A stretch of 61,803 nucleotides of DNA, filler included, from Rhabdomonas costata (taxonomy: Eukaryota): assembly GCA_019059605.1 (NCBI GenBank). It is 21 parts of 21 records of this genome, joined end to end, with 100 filler letters (N's around TTAATTAATTAA, not from the genome) between each part and the next. Parts side by side here need not be neighbours in the genome. Positions count along the whole stretch, not along the records: positions 23,604 to 26,450 come from JAHMHO010001896.1; positions 26,551 to 29,398 come from JAHMHO010001897.1; positions 29,499 to 32,347 come from JAHMHO010001898.1; positions 32,448 to 35,297 come from JAHMHO010001899.1; positions 35,398 to 38,244 come from JAHMHO010001900.1; 16 more parts are not named here. One strand, 5' to 3'. The position numbers were made by a program, and so were the translations under genes. Shown piece by piece: positions 25,723-37,456 of the stretch (position 1 is its first letter; each line of letters opens with the position of its first letter). A model generated the notes under the pieces. That model did no database searches. It saw only the letters and a program-made list of their open reading frames with translations, and was not told the DNA's origin.

Positions 25723-26070
25723 TTAAAAATGTGCTCAGCTAATCTTGAGAACCCTTAACAGATGGTGAACCCTAGTTGAAGTTGAACAACTTTTCAGCTT
25801 TTCTTCAGCTTTTTTTTTTCGCGTTGCTTTATATTCGTCATTTTTCGGGCATACGTTGTTTCTGTGGACTGGCCATGCAAAATTGATTCGGTGTGAATAA
25901 CCCTCCTGACTCCCGAGTGTTTGCCGAAAAGCACCACAATTTTTCAGGGTTTCCGCGAACAACTGACTGACTCCACTTGGACCTCAGAAAGCATCTTGTG
26001 GCTTTGAACTGGGATTGTGTCAACTTAGGACCTGTGCATTCCTGTCCTCAGTGTTCATGTGTTACATGAA

Positions 26071-26450
26071 ATGTCTGACATTGTTTTTGTATGGAGCCGT
26101 CCTGTGAAGGAGCTCGGGCGGCCACCAGACTTTTCGGAACACCCTGCCCAGTTGATCCACAGTGTGCGCCCGAATCCGGCATTATCTGCGCTGACAGTAC
26201 TTCGGGACCCATGTGAGACGGAAATCCAGTGCATCCCAGAGGTCTCGGAGCAGACTACCAACACTGAGCGTATTGGTCTTGCTACGCATGGACAGCTTCA
26301 TCTCGAAGGAGGTTGGCCCAAAGACATTGACCTCACGGAGGCTGAGCACAAGGCACGGTACCGCCGTAAAACAGAAAAGGACGACGCTTATGTGCTTTCC
26401 ATGAAGTCGCTGGCAGCAAAGTGCGAGGGTCTAATAAAATCCAACAACCC
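26071..26450 (+). CDS. DNAI2: Axonemal dynein intermediate chain 2 (IC69/ODA6) N-terminus, 3'-truncated
   Basis: MSDIVFVWSR...ELGRPPDF...NTERI...HLEGGWPKDIDLTEAEHKARYRRKTEKDDAY...IKSNN. Confidence 0.92.
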
Positions 26451-26880
26451 NNNNNNNNNNNNNNNNNNNNNNNNNNNNNNNNNNNNNNNNNNNNTTAATT
26501 AATTAANNNNNNNNNNNNNNNNNNNNNNNNNNNNNNNNNNNNNNNNNNNNGTGGTGTGGGGTTTGGGACCCCGACAGATTTTTGCTGTTTTTCGGATATT
26601 TTTTTGGGTGTTAAAGTCTGAGAAAAGGAAACATGTCTCTCAAAACTTGATCCTCCTCAATCCTAACTCCTGCCGAACCCCAATCCCAACACCACTCTGA
26701 ACCTAAAACTTGCCCAGCGCAACCTTCTTTCGCTGCTATTCTTGCTGCTTGCAGCAGTTCATTGCCGTTTTCCCTGAAGTGGATCCGGACCTCCCTTGCC
26801 ACCACTACTCACCATTCTCACACTTATCCAAAGAGAACAGGGAGGGAGGGAGGGAGCGCCTTTCTTCCTCTTCCTTCCAG

Positions 26881-28859
26881 AGCGGGACATGGTCCCCCTG
26901 CAGGCCGAAATCAGTCAGGTCAAGACCAGGCTGAAGCAGGCCACAGAGGAGCTCGAGAGACTTCGCCAGGCCTGCGCTGCCGCCGCCACGGCTGCCACAG
27001 AACCGTACTCCCAAGACGATGAAATGGAGGACCAGGCGGAGCCCGAGATGCTTCCCCGCGTTCCCCCGCTGCAGAGCCGGTCCCGATCACACCGGAGGGA
27101 TGGCGCTGTCTCCCCGGCAGAGTCGGTGTTCTCCGCGATGTCCTCCGGGGCGGGCGGGGAGCTGGAGGCCGCGCCCCCGATCCCTCGGTCGCCGCGGGTG
27201 ATGCGGACGTACTACGTGGACCCCAACACGGGGCAGGAGGTGAGCTCACGCGCCGCGTCCACCTCTTTCCTCTTTCTTTATTGGCAGTTCCTCAGCCATG
27301 AATGGCTACTTTGTCTTCTTTCCCCCTCCCTTTGCTCTTGACGTGCGTGAACACTGGGCGCCTGTTTTTGGCCCTTGGTGTGCTACGCAAACAAAGCTAA
27401 AAAGCTGGGCAAAAAAAGTGGCAGTACCCTTCCCTCGCTCGAGGGGCAACCACCGCACTCGAGATGGGCGTTGACCTTGACAGTGAGCGGCGTAATCCAA
27501 AGGTTTACCTTGATCAAGGATGCACCGCTGGGCGAAGTGCTGGGATGCTGGGGAGTTTCTCAGTCCCCAGATTTCAAGTTTGAGAGGCGTCGGGTTTGTA
27601 AACAAGGAGCTTCTTTTTCATTTTTGCCCATGCATGGACTTTTAACGAAGCCGAAAAAGGCCTGTGGTCGATCATTTCTTCAGTGTTTGATGTCCTTCGT
27701 TGTGCGTGGTGGACGCTTCGGGTTTCCCCTGGGTTTTTCGGTCATGCTAGGTTCCTGCGGACGCCCTCGATTCCCTCGCGGCGTCTGTCTCACGAAGCCC
27801 GCAGTACGTTCACCCCCCCCCTCCTGTCTTTTTTCTGGCTGCTCGGGTTTTTTTGGTTTACGGGCGGCCACTAAAAGGCCATTGCCCTATTTTACCTTAC
27901 TTCATGGGCAGCCTCATGTGGAGTGGGGCGTGTGTGGGGGGGGGATTCTAATTTTCTTTCTACCGGCTTGAGGATGCCGAGCAGGAAAGCTCCACGATGT
28001 CAACCACCTGCAATGCTCTGTTTTAGATGATTGTAGGGCTAACCTCGTGAAGAGTTAGGAAGGGGTGATGGGTTGGGTAGATGTGCTGCGACACCTAGCA
28101 AGGAAAAAAGCACAGAGCTATAAGGTATCCGTCTCCCTTGATGAGGTTCTACAACCCTGCGACCGGCATGGACCGGACCGGACGGTGTGGTCGCTCTGCA
28201 CTGCTCTGCATTTTTACTTCTTTCCATTTCTGTCAGTTCAATATGCCACGACGGTGAACATGACTTGGAGAATGTGCTAAGCCGTTTCTCAGTTTTGTTC
28301 TTCAGAGACTGTGTGGCTTCTTCGGAACAATGGCGCATGACTGAGCTTGAAGTGTATCAAACGCGGGGCCTTTGAACCATCTTTCCCGAAAGAACCACAC
28401 GAAAGAACCACCTTGTCACGCCGTGCATGTGTGTAGACAGGAGAAAACATGCCGGTGGTGTGGGTCAGACATAATATGTAGTGGTGAGTCACGCGAGATG
28501 GAAGACAGCAAGGTGGTTTCCCGTCCGTGATCCACAATTGTTTGTGAGGCGGAATCGATGCGTTCTTGTCTTCGCGCGTCCGTGGGTGTGTGTTAAACGC
28601 GAAAGCAGTCACACACACTTCAGCTATATACAGTCTCCTTATCAGCTCTACCCTTGATGCCGCAACGCACGGGCTCCCACGCAAAGCTCGCGCTCGCACT
28701 TCCACTGGCGTGGTACACAGGCCGGTGGGGCCCGTGGGTCCTCCCCGAGTGCGGTCGTACTACGTCGACCCAAGGACTGGGGAGAGGCTGGAGAGCCTGC
28801 CACGGGAGCCCACTGCGGCTCCTCGGACCTACTTCGTCGACCCCGCGACTGGGCAGGAG
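26881..28859 (+). CDS. Coiled-coil protein with repeated R(T/S)Y(Y/F)VDPxTG motifs (fragment)
   Basis: Exon 26881-27239 has a heptad-like segment and then RTYYVDPNTGQE|GT. An exon ending at 28859 has RSYYVDPRTGERL and RTYFVDPATGQE|GT. Intermediate exons not resolved. Confidence 0.7.
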
Positions 28860-29656
28860 GTAAGGTTGGTGTGGTTTGGTGAACGAAGCGATGTCTGGCG
28901 TTGAGGGTATCTCCTTAATTTTGACTCTAACCTGTTGGAAACATGTTCAACCTTATGCTCTGTTTGGCTCGTGTTTTGTTTTATGAGTCTCGGCGTCACT
29001 GTGTGTATGCGTGCGTGCTTCCTGTCTACAGAACTGGCAATTTTACCATCATTGACTTAGGGGGAAGACAGTGTGTCCAGTCGAGAGCAACGGGATCGGA
29101 ACAAACTGAGATGTGTTTTGTACGTAGGTTCCCCATCCTTGCTGTCCTTTTGTGCAATGGTGCTGCGGGAACAGCCATAAAGGTAGGCACTCATTCCGGG
29201 GCGCGCCTTAATGGCTGTTCCCGACCCCAACTGCGCTGAACACGCAAACGCAATTAACACTTTACACCAATTCCAGCAATCATTTATTTTTTGTGGCCAC
29301 TTTTTTGCATGCTTTTTTTTTGCATTCCGCTCTCCCACATTCACGCAAACACAATGGACCCCGCTAAAACTCCCCTGGACAAACCCTTATTGCCCAAANN
29401 NNNNNNNNNNNNNNNNNNNNNNNNNNNNNNNNNNNNNNNNNNTTAATTAATTAANNNNNNNNNNNNNNNNNNNNNNNNNNNNNNNNNNNNNNNNNNNNTG
29501 TTGGTGGGGGCGGTCGTCGCTTGCCAAGGGTCGGGAGTGATTTCTGATGAGGAAAAGGCATCCTTCCCATTGCTCAAGTTCCGTTGGTGTTGAGAGTTCC
29601 AGGGCAGGGCTTGAAGTTGGATTTTTCTGCGGGGGCTGAAAATTCAACACACAGTT

Positions 29657-29681
29657 GAGAGAGAGAGAGAGAGAGAGAGAG
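29657..29681 (+). repeat. (GA)n microsatellite
   Basis: About 12 GA units in an intron. Confidence 0.9.
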
Positions 29682-29830
29682 GAAGAAGCTTCACGGCGCT
29701 ACGGTACTGGGCACCCGACACAAAAGACAGAAACGAAGAGGTAGGCCGCGCTGAACGGAAGGGAGGGAAAGAGAGAGGGAGGAAACGGGAGAGCCTGAGA
29801 GGAGAACGGGCAGGAGGGGGGAGGAGTCAC

Positions 29831-31957
29831 CATCCACAGTGGTGAGGTGCTTGATCGCCTGAAAGCTAAACGCGCAGAGATGACCATGGTTGCCCACCCG
29901 GCGCCCAGCGAACTCCGCGCCAAAGGCGTGGGCGCAGTCCTCCACCACGGCGGGGCGGAACCCAAACCGCTCCTCACAGCGCCTCTCAATCCTATGAACG
30001 CAACAAAGAAGAAGGTCATAAGAACACATCGCATACACAGCTAAAAATAAAGGGTGTTGGAGAAAATGAGCAATGGGGCAGGACGACGCTGAATTCGGAG
30101 CGGGGTCGAGGAGTTAGGGGTGTTGGAACTGGAGCTAGTGGGAGTAATTTGAACCTTGCTGTAAATAGATCTAGGTAGATGGGGTCGGATATTGGTGGCA
30201 GCGAGGCAGAAGAAGTAAGAGGGATGGTGGTCACCTATAATTAGGGAACAAGGTCCAAAATGGGAGGGCCCTTTCCTGGCAAGGCGGTCCAGGTCCACTG
30301 GGGCGCCGCCCCAGTGCACCACCACAATGACCTTGGTGCGGGGGCTCAGCTTGGCCTCCAGGTCCTCCAGGCTGAGGTTGGCCGTCAGGGGATCCACGTC
30401 CACCCACCGCAGCCGCAGCCCGTTCGCAAGAATGGGCCAGTTCGTCGCCGTGCAGGTCAGAGCGGGGGTCAGGACCTGAGCCAAAACCACATCTTCCCAC
30501 ATCCTCAACTGATTCCAACCAGCCTACCCAACCCAACCATGAAGAGGTCTGGTACTGGCCCATTTTTTGGGACCCCCCCCCCTCATTTCAGTTGCACACC
30601 GCGGTGTCACGGCCACGTCCACCTGGAAGTGGATAGCGATGCTGATGTACCACCGTCCAATCAGAAATTCTTGCACGGTAGCGATATACGCTGTCCCAGG
30701 ATAATCACTGGGGGAAGATTACTGGGCAATTCAATTGTTTTCATAATGACGCCTTCTTCTTAGAATACCAAACACTTTCCTTCGTGTCATATATCATGTG
30801 TTTTTGGTGAATGAGTGGAGCCTTGTCCGAAGCCGAAGCCGAGTGGAAAAATGGAGGGGTGGGTGAGACCGGAGGGACGGAGACGGGGAATTTGGAAAAG
30901 CATAAGTGCTAAAGGAGGACAACAAAAGAATCTGAGAAACAACAAAACGCACCTTCCCACTTCGTTACCCACTCCTTCTGTTTCGCCCACTCACGTTTCG
31001 TATAATTCTTCTAACATCCCATTATTTGCCCCGCTTTGTATTCTCCCTCGGATCTCTCTCGTATTCCTTTTTGCGAATGGATAGTTTGGTCACGCAAAAG
31101 CTGAGAACCTGCCCCTCCGGTCGCGTAAAACGGACTGCGCACAAGCATGCCAAAGCTGGAGCACGCAGTGCCCAACGCTTCGCTTCTGCCTCAAAGCACA
31201 CAAAAAGGATCAAAGGAGGATCACCTCGTCCCCAGGGAAGAGCCCAGGCCATCCCGGCGCGGGGGCCTTCAGCAAGTGGAAGGCCAAGTGCAGCGCACTG
31301 GTGCCGGAGTTTACAGTGAGCAGGTAGGTGGAGCCCCCCAGCCATCGCCGCAGGTCTTCCTCAAATGCTTCCACAACTGGGCCCTGGGTGATGTACCCCG
31401 AGTGCAGCACCTGTTGGCCAGGAAACCCATCACGGAATGGAGGGGGGGCACTGCAGACGGCAATGACAACAATGCACAATAACGTTTTCGTCTTTTCAAC
31501 AACTCGCGTAATCAAGCGCAATCTATGGCCAAAGCTCATCAAATATCAAAAGCCCTTCCCCCTCCTTTCCCCTCCCGATCACCAATAACCTATTATCGTC
31601 GCTTTTCTCCTATCGCGATTAGAACACAACCTTTCTTTCAGCCTCGCCGTATAACGCACTCAACGCTTTTTTTCCTTCAAAAACTGTGCCTCAGTATCCT
31701 TCGTCGTCGCAGACCACAGGGGAATGCTGCATTGTGACTCAGGGCCATTTTTGGACCCTTTTTTTCTGGCTTTTGCTGTAACGTTGCCTGGGGCAGGGTT
31801 AGGTAGAGGACAGAATATTTGGGCGCACCCTACTTCCAGCAAAGTACCCCGGACCAAAAAGCGTAACCTTCTGTACGGCGGCATCGGCATCGGGGCTCAT
31901 GAAGGGCTTGAACAGGGGAACCACGACAGGAACAGCAGAGGATGCGGACGGGTCCAT
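29831..31957 (-). CDS. DegT/DnrJ/EryC1/StrS family PLP-dependent sugar aminotransferase (5' part)
   Basis: Exons 31957-31868, 31410-31225, 30475-30276 and 29991-29831. Motifs SGYITQGPVVEAFE, NSGTSALHLA, PGDEVLTPALTCTAT, VHWGG, EDCAHA and SFQAIKHLTTVDG (PLP lysine). Confidence 0.93.
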
Positions 31958-32221
31958 CCCAAACTTCTCCATTTTCCACAATACGTCGAAAAAAAATGCA
32001 CAGAGCACCAGAGAAACCTTGGCCCCCCACCGCCCGAAAGCAACCCAGATTTGAACTCGACGAAGTACAGTCGGAGCGGATTCTGTTTCCTCTCTGTCCA
32101 TTTTCTCGAGTTGCGTGTGTTCCCCCCACAGGATGGGCGGGTTTACACACCACTTTCCTGCTTTTTGCCGAGGTCGCTGCCTCTTGTGTGTTGCTGTTAT
32201 GGTGAGCATAAATCTGAACGC

Positions 32222-32347
32222 CACAGCTCGGGACTGGTACCTTTGATTTCAAAGACGACCAAGATGGTCACGGTCACCTTTGCATGCAAAGGTGACCGTG
32301 ACCATCTTGGTCGTCTTTGAAATCAAAGTTACCAGTCCCGAGCTGTG
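32222..32347. repeat. 126-nt near-perfect palindrome at a contig end (probable amplification fold-back)
   Basis: Two 63-nt arms centred on GCATGC with one mismatch, ending exactly at the contig edge. Confidence 0.9.
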
Positions 32348-32654
32348 NNNNNNNNNNNNNNNNNNNNNNNNNNNNNNNNNNNNNNNNNNNNTTAATTAAT
32401 TAANNNNNNNNNNNNNNNNNNNNNNNNNNNNNNNNNNNNNNNNNNNNGTGGTGGGTGTGTTTGGGGGTTTGTGTTGTGTTGCGCTACTTTCGGTTGTGAC
32501 TTTTTGAGCAGTCGCGCCCAATATTTTGCATTGGTCACTCAGTTGAACAAACCTCTGCACATTATTGTTGGTCCCTTTCTTGGTGCACTGGTCTGGTATG
32601 CGTTTCCGTGCGTTGCAAGGCCGCCGGACTCTGCCTTCGATCCTCCTTCTTCAG

Positions 32655-35297
32655 GTTTGGAGAAAAAGATATCAAGCAGGTCAAGCATGAGAACATGAGG
32701 GATTTTGTCTCGTGGATGGTGTTCCAGTCCAGGCCCGACCAGCTCACCCCCGAGCAGGAGAATGAGCAGCAGGTGCCGGATGGTGCTATTCACAGTTACA
32801 TCATGCTAGGCTTTGGTTGATATCTTTTGTGTTTGCATATGTTACGACGCTTCGAAATGAGAAAGATCGGTGTGTACCCAATTTGTTATCCCCGCAGTCC
32901 CCTCCAACATTTTTGCTTTCCCATTACCTTTGTTATCAGCATTGCGTGTTCCATTGGATTGAGCCATTGCCACTGAGCCCTCAACCCCACCCACCCCTGC
33001 AGCCAATGTCCTTTAGCCGAATGATCCGTTCCATCTCGCAGATGCTCTGGGACAAGTACGTCACCGGCTCTGGCCTACACTTCGAGCCAGGCCGCACCCC
33101 GGGGATGCACTGCATGCGGCACACCCTGGACCCCGTGAAGGTGACGTGGCGGCCTGGTGTGGTGTACGCGCTGCTGCACCTGCTGCGGGGTGTCGGTTAC
33201 GGTATCCTGTGGTTCAATGGGTTCCGCAGGCAGCGACAGGGCTGCATCAGGTTTGTGGCCACCACCACCACCACCTCCTCCTCCTCCTCGTGCTCCTCCT
33301 CTTGCGTACTTGCCTATCTTTAAGAAAGCTTCGGGGGAGGGAGGGGTGATCTTTGGGTGCTGTGGCCCAAAAAAGCAAGTCAAGGGCAGCAGCAAAGAAT
33401 GCCCAAATCGCCCCCAAGGGCGAACACGTTGTCCTTTTGCTGTTGGGTTAGTGAAAACCATTCCCTGTCTTTTTTCTGTGATTTGCCGTTGAGTGTGTGC
33501 GACGTAATTGCCTGCAGGGATGCAGAGGCCGTAATTGAAAGTGGTTCAGGAGAGTTTCGCGTGCTTCCTCATGAAGGGACGTTGCGTGTAAGGGAAGAGG
33601 GGACCGAAGAGGTGCGACTTTGTCCTCAGTTGGGAGGTGTCCACATATTTGGAATAAAGAAAAGTGCAGTTTGCAGTCGTCCTGGAAAACTGTGGAAGCT
33701 TAGCTGAAGCAGGCCGTGGTCTTTTTGTATACAGCAGGCGATCCTTGGGGTTAGGGTTTCCTGACCTTATGCCTTTGGCCAGTTGTGCTGTCTTTTGGTG
33801 GCAGTTGGTATCCCTTTTGCGCCGCTCCTTGTCCCACCCAGCAGAGGGTTCACAACACCTCCGTCGACAAGGTTAAAGAGTCTAGGCCGCCGCCTGAAGC
33901 TCACCAAACTCACGCTGTCCAGAGTCGGTGGCAGTTGTTCTGTCAAACTGTCAAGCTCCCTTCCCTTCCTTCATTTTGCCAACCCCAAAATCTCACCACT
34001 GCTTCGTTTCCTGTGGTTCCCAAGCATTGTATATGGTTCAAGAAAGAAAGAACTCTTCAGTTCAACATTAAAGCAACGCTTTACCACCCCCCCCCCCTCC
34101 GACCGCAGGTATTGGTATCGCGGACCCCAACGCGGAGCGGATGCTACCACTGCAACAGGCACGCCCATGGTCTTCCTGCACGGCTTGGGGATTGGCCTGC
34201 TGCCCTACCTCTCCTTCCTGCTGCGGCTTCCGAAGACCCAGACGGCGTTTCTGGTGGAGCAGCCGTGGATGTCGATGCAGCTGCGCTACGCAGGTGTTCT
34301 GGAGCGCTTTGTTACCGCTTTGTGGTTTCTTTTCAGTGGTCTCAACTGGAATTGAACCTTTTTTTTTGGAACTCTCCCGTATCTTGGTTTTTGGGTCATC
34401 CCCCCCCTCTCCATCTCCCTCTCAGAACGATGTTGTAAGTGGGATAACATTTCTTTATTATTTATGCTTCAGTAGCGCCTCACCTGCTCTGTTGTAGGAG
34501 TGGTTCCCTCAATCCCCAAGTTCACCACCGCGGTGCAGGCCATGCTGGCCCGCCACCACTGCTCCTCCGCAGTGTTCGCCGCCCACAGCATGGGCTCCTG
34601 CGCCGTCGCCTGGCTGCTCGAGGCCTGCCCCGGGGTGGTACAGCGGGTGGTGCTTCTGGACCCGGTGACCATCCTGCTGTGCCTACCGACGACCTGCTAC
34701 AACTTCCTGTACTGCCCCCCACAGAGTACCCTGGCGGCGTTCGCGCGGAACTTCGTGGGGAGGGAGCTGGGGATCTCGTGCCTTCTGCACCGCCACCTGT
34801 GGTGGTACCGCAGCACGCTGTGGCCGGAGGCCCTTCCGCCCCGGTCCACTGTGGTTCTGGGGGAGAAGGATCGGATCGTCCCCGGCATCCAGATTAGGTC
34901 TGTTCACTCATTGAAATGTGTGCAACTACTTTGTTGTTCTGCGAAGTGCGCTTCGGCACCACTTGTGTCCAGCCTCCGGAGCTGCTTCAGCAGTTAGAGA
35001 TTCGCCCGAAGTTTCGGGCAACCGGCAGATAACTCGGACTGAAGCACGAGGTGAGGGGAGTTTTGCCCACCCAAAAACGCACCCACACATGGACTCACCA
35101 TGAACAAAAACCTCTGCATGTTGGTGTGATGGTTGCCGTAGGGCGCTTTGTGAGGAGAAGGGGAACCAACTCAACGTGATTTGGCTGCCCAAGACGGGCC
35201 ACGGGGGCTTTCTGGCCTCCTCCGCCGTGACGAAAGCGATTATACATGCCATTGTGGATGGCCCCGAAGCATTTCCGAGCGAAGATACACACAACAC
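32655..35297 (+). CDS. Alpha/beta hydrolase fold protein (fragment)
   Basis: Exons 32655-32772, 33042-33250, 34109-34293, 34498-34897 and 35142-35297. Motifs PMVFLHGLGIGL, AHSMGS (nucleophile elbow), LLDPV, LGEKDRIV and GHGGFL. Confidence 0.9.
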
Positions 35298-35657
35298 NNN
35301 NNNNNNNNNNNNNNNNNNNNNNNNNNNNNNNNNNNNNNNNNTTAATTAATTAANNNNNNNNNNNNNNNNNNNNNNNNNNNNNNNNNNNNNNNNNNNNGGG
35401 GTGGGGTAGGCTTGCCCCCGGCCCCCCGCCCCAGAGAGTCTCACGTTTCCTTTTATTCTTCGACTTAGGGACAGTTGTGTCTCTTCCTCCCTCCCCATAA
35501 TGTTACTCTCAATCTGCTTTGCAGTGTGCGTGTGTGCGTGGATGAGGAATGGTGCTCGTCAGACATCGTGGACACTCTGTCTCGCTAGTCCTTATCTGCA
35601 TATCAGCATAGACGCAGAGACCACAAAGTGCAAGCCAACCAGCAACCCCACAAACCA

Positions 35658-36763
35658 GCCCAAGGTTTGAACATCCGCACAGCTCGCCGTTGCTGGCGCG
35701 CGAGCAAGGTAGCTTCGGGCTAGAGCCGATGAGGTTCAAATGCTTCAGGTCAAGGATAAGGAGAACACTCCCCCGGTCCTAGAACGCATAGAACCCAAAC
35801 GCTGTATCATCCCATGCAAAACGTCCACTGGAGGCCCAAGAGAACGGGCACCACACAATACAAGTAAAAAGTCCATGACACGCTGCTTTTTGTTAAGCTG
35901 TGGTGGCTGAGAACGAGCGCACAGGAATTCGGAAAAGTATTACCAAATGTGCGCATCGCCTCAGACGTCTTACAGGCCAACGCGACACGAATTTCGGTGC
36001 GTATAGTTGTATATCGCGATTCAGCACAAAAGTCCATTCATGTTCGGTCCCATTTATCATGCCCCGGATCCAATGGACGGCAGAAAACGTCGAAAAATGA
36101 CCCCATTATCTGGCATCATCAAAACCTGCACTGCAAAACACGAAGAGTAAAAGAAGGGGAAGCCTGCAGAATTGAATTCAAGAGCGAGTCGAGGTAATCC
36201 GCCGTCAAGTCCGCCGTCATTACTGCCAGTATAGCGCTTTCCGGGGAAAACACAACTGCGCAGCACGAAACCAAACACATTGCCACAGCTCGAAGCCGAA
36301 TTTGGGGATTCCACAATCACTTTTGATTCTTTGGAGAACAGTCCCACCGGTCGCAAAGGGAACTGGCAAAATAGTTACCATTGTAAGTCTCGATACAGGA
36401 AAAGTGGCACAGAGTTATGTAGGCGTGTTTTTGTTTTCTAAGTGATGTAGGCGCTCCTCAGAGCAAGTTTTAAATCTTCAAAGAAAAGAGAGAAGGTGCA
36501 GGTGACCACGTGCTTGCGGAACCGGGGATCACCCACTAGGCCAACGGGAGAGGATCCACGAAACTTTGTCCAGGGTCGGTACCATTTTAAAGGAGCAGAG
36601 CAAGAAAAAAAAAGGAAAGGACCTGCGTAGTAGCTTATCCAGGTGTCGTTCCTCCAGGAATAGGGCTCGGTCCAGAACCGGGCATCGGCGACAGGGTAGG
36701 GGATTTGGGTGGTGTGGTTGCTGTTGTAAGTCTCCACCAATGCAGTGGGGAATCCCATCGCGT
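35658..36763 (-). CDS. Secreted or Golgi protein fragment, possibly exostosin/GT47-like
   Basis: Exon 36763-36623 (TQIPYPVADARFW...RNDTWISYYA) has AG/GT ends and several N-glycosylation sequons. Further exon-like blocks lie near 36540 and 35660-35780. Family call is weak. Confidence 0.4.
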
Positions 36764-36879
36764 CTACAATCCATTCAGTCTGGTTCCAGGTAGTCTGTGT
36801 GCAAAGCCAATAGGTCGTCTAAAAGACGCAGGCCACAACGAGAACTTCAGCAAAGACACTGGGCCCTCCAAAGTCAGCA

Positions 36880-37456
36880 GGAGGCGGAGGAAGAAATCCA
36901 GTGAGGTCCCGACTGGGTGCTCCCGGGCACACCCTTTGGTCGGTGCTGCAGGCATGGGGGGAAGGCGGTGGTATTGACGGAGGGTAGGTTATCCTGGATG
37001 CGCAGGATCCAGCCGGCTGGGTCACCAGCGAAGAGGTAAGTAGCACAAAGATGGCTTGTTGCGGCTCTGCCACACCGTGAGTCGAACGTCATCCCTCCTG
37101 TGCTTGCGTCCCTGGCCGCCGAAGAAAGGGTCCTGCCCCAGGCTGCGCCTTGGACTCTTCATCACCTCAGGGCAGACTGCCAAGAGTCCAACGAGGTCAA
37201 AAGGACCAAGCGCTCAGGGGGATGTTCAGGGGGATCATGTGTTGTGGTGCACCCAGCGGCAGTGGCGACAACTGGTGGTTGGGGCCCCGAGTCGACGGAT
37301 TTTCTCCGGCGGCTTTTTCGGGCCTACCGGTCACGCCACCCTCGGAGTCCCTCCAGCGTGTATTCCGCACTCTGGGGCAGGGTGTCGGCTGGATTGGCGA
37401 AGGCTGAGGGCAGACAGCTGAGTCGGGCGGTACTCCCTACCACCGTGGACGAATAA
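36880..37456 (+). mobile_element. Decayed CRE/SLACS-like non-LTR retrotransposon 3' fragment (restriction-like endonuclease domain)
   Basis: VHPAAVATTGGWGPESTDFLRRL...LWGRVSAGLAKAEGRQL resembles the C-terminus of RLE domains. An upstream CCRHGG remnant carries stops and frameshifts. Confidence 0.75.

Noticed and set aside
32222-32347. Long palindrome as a hairpin telomere or foldback element
   Set aside because: It ends exactly at the contig edge with no loop, as expected for an amplification fold-back. A second case at 47190-47297 breaks an essential exon.
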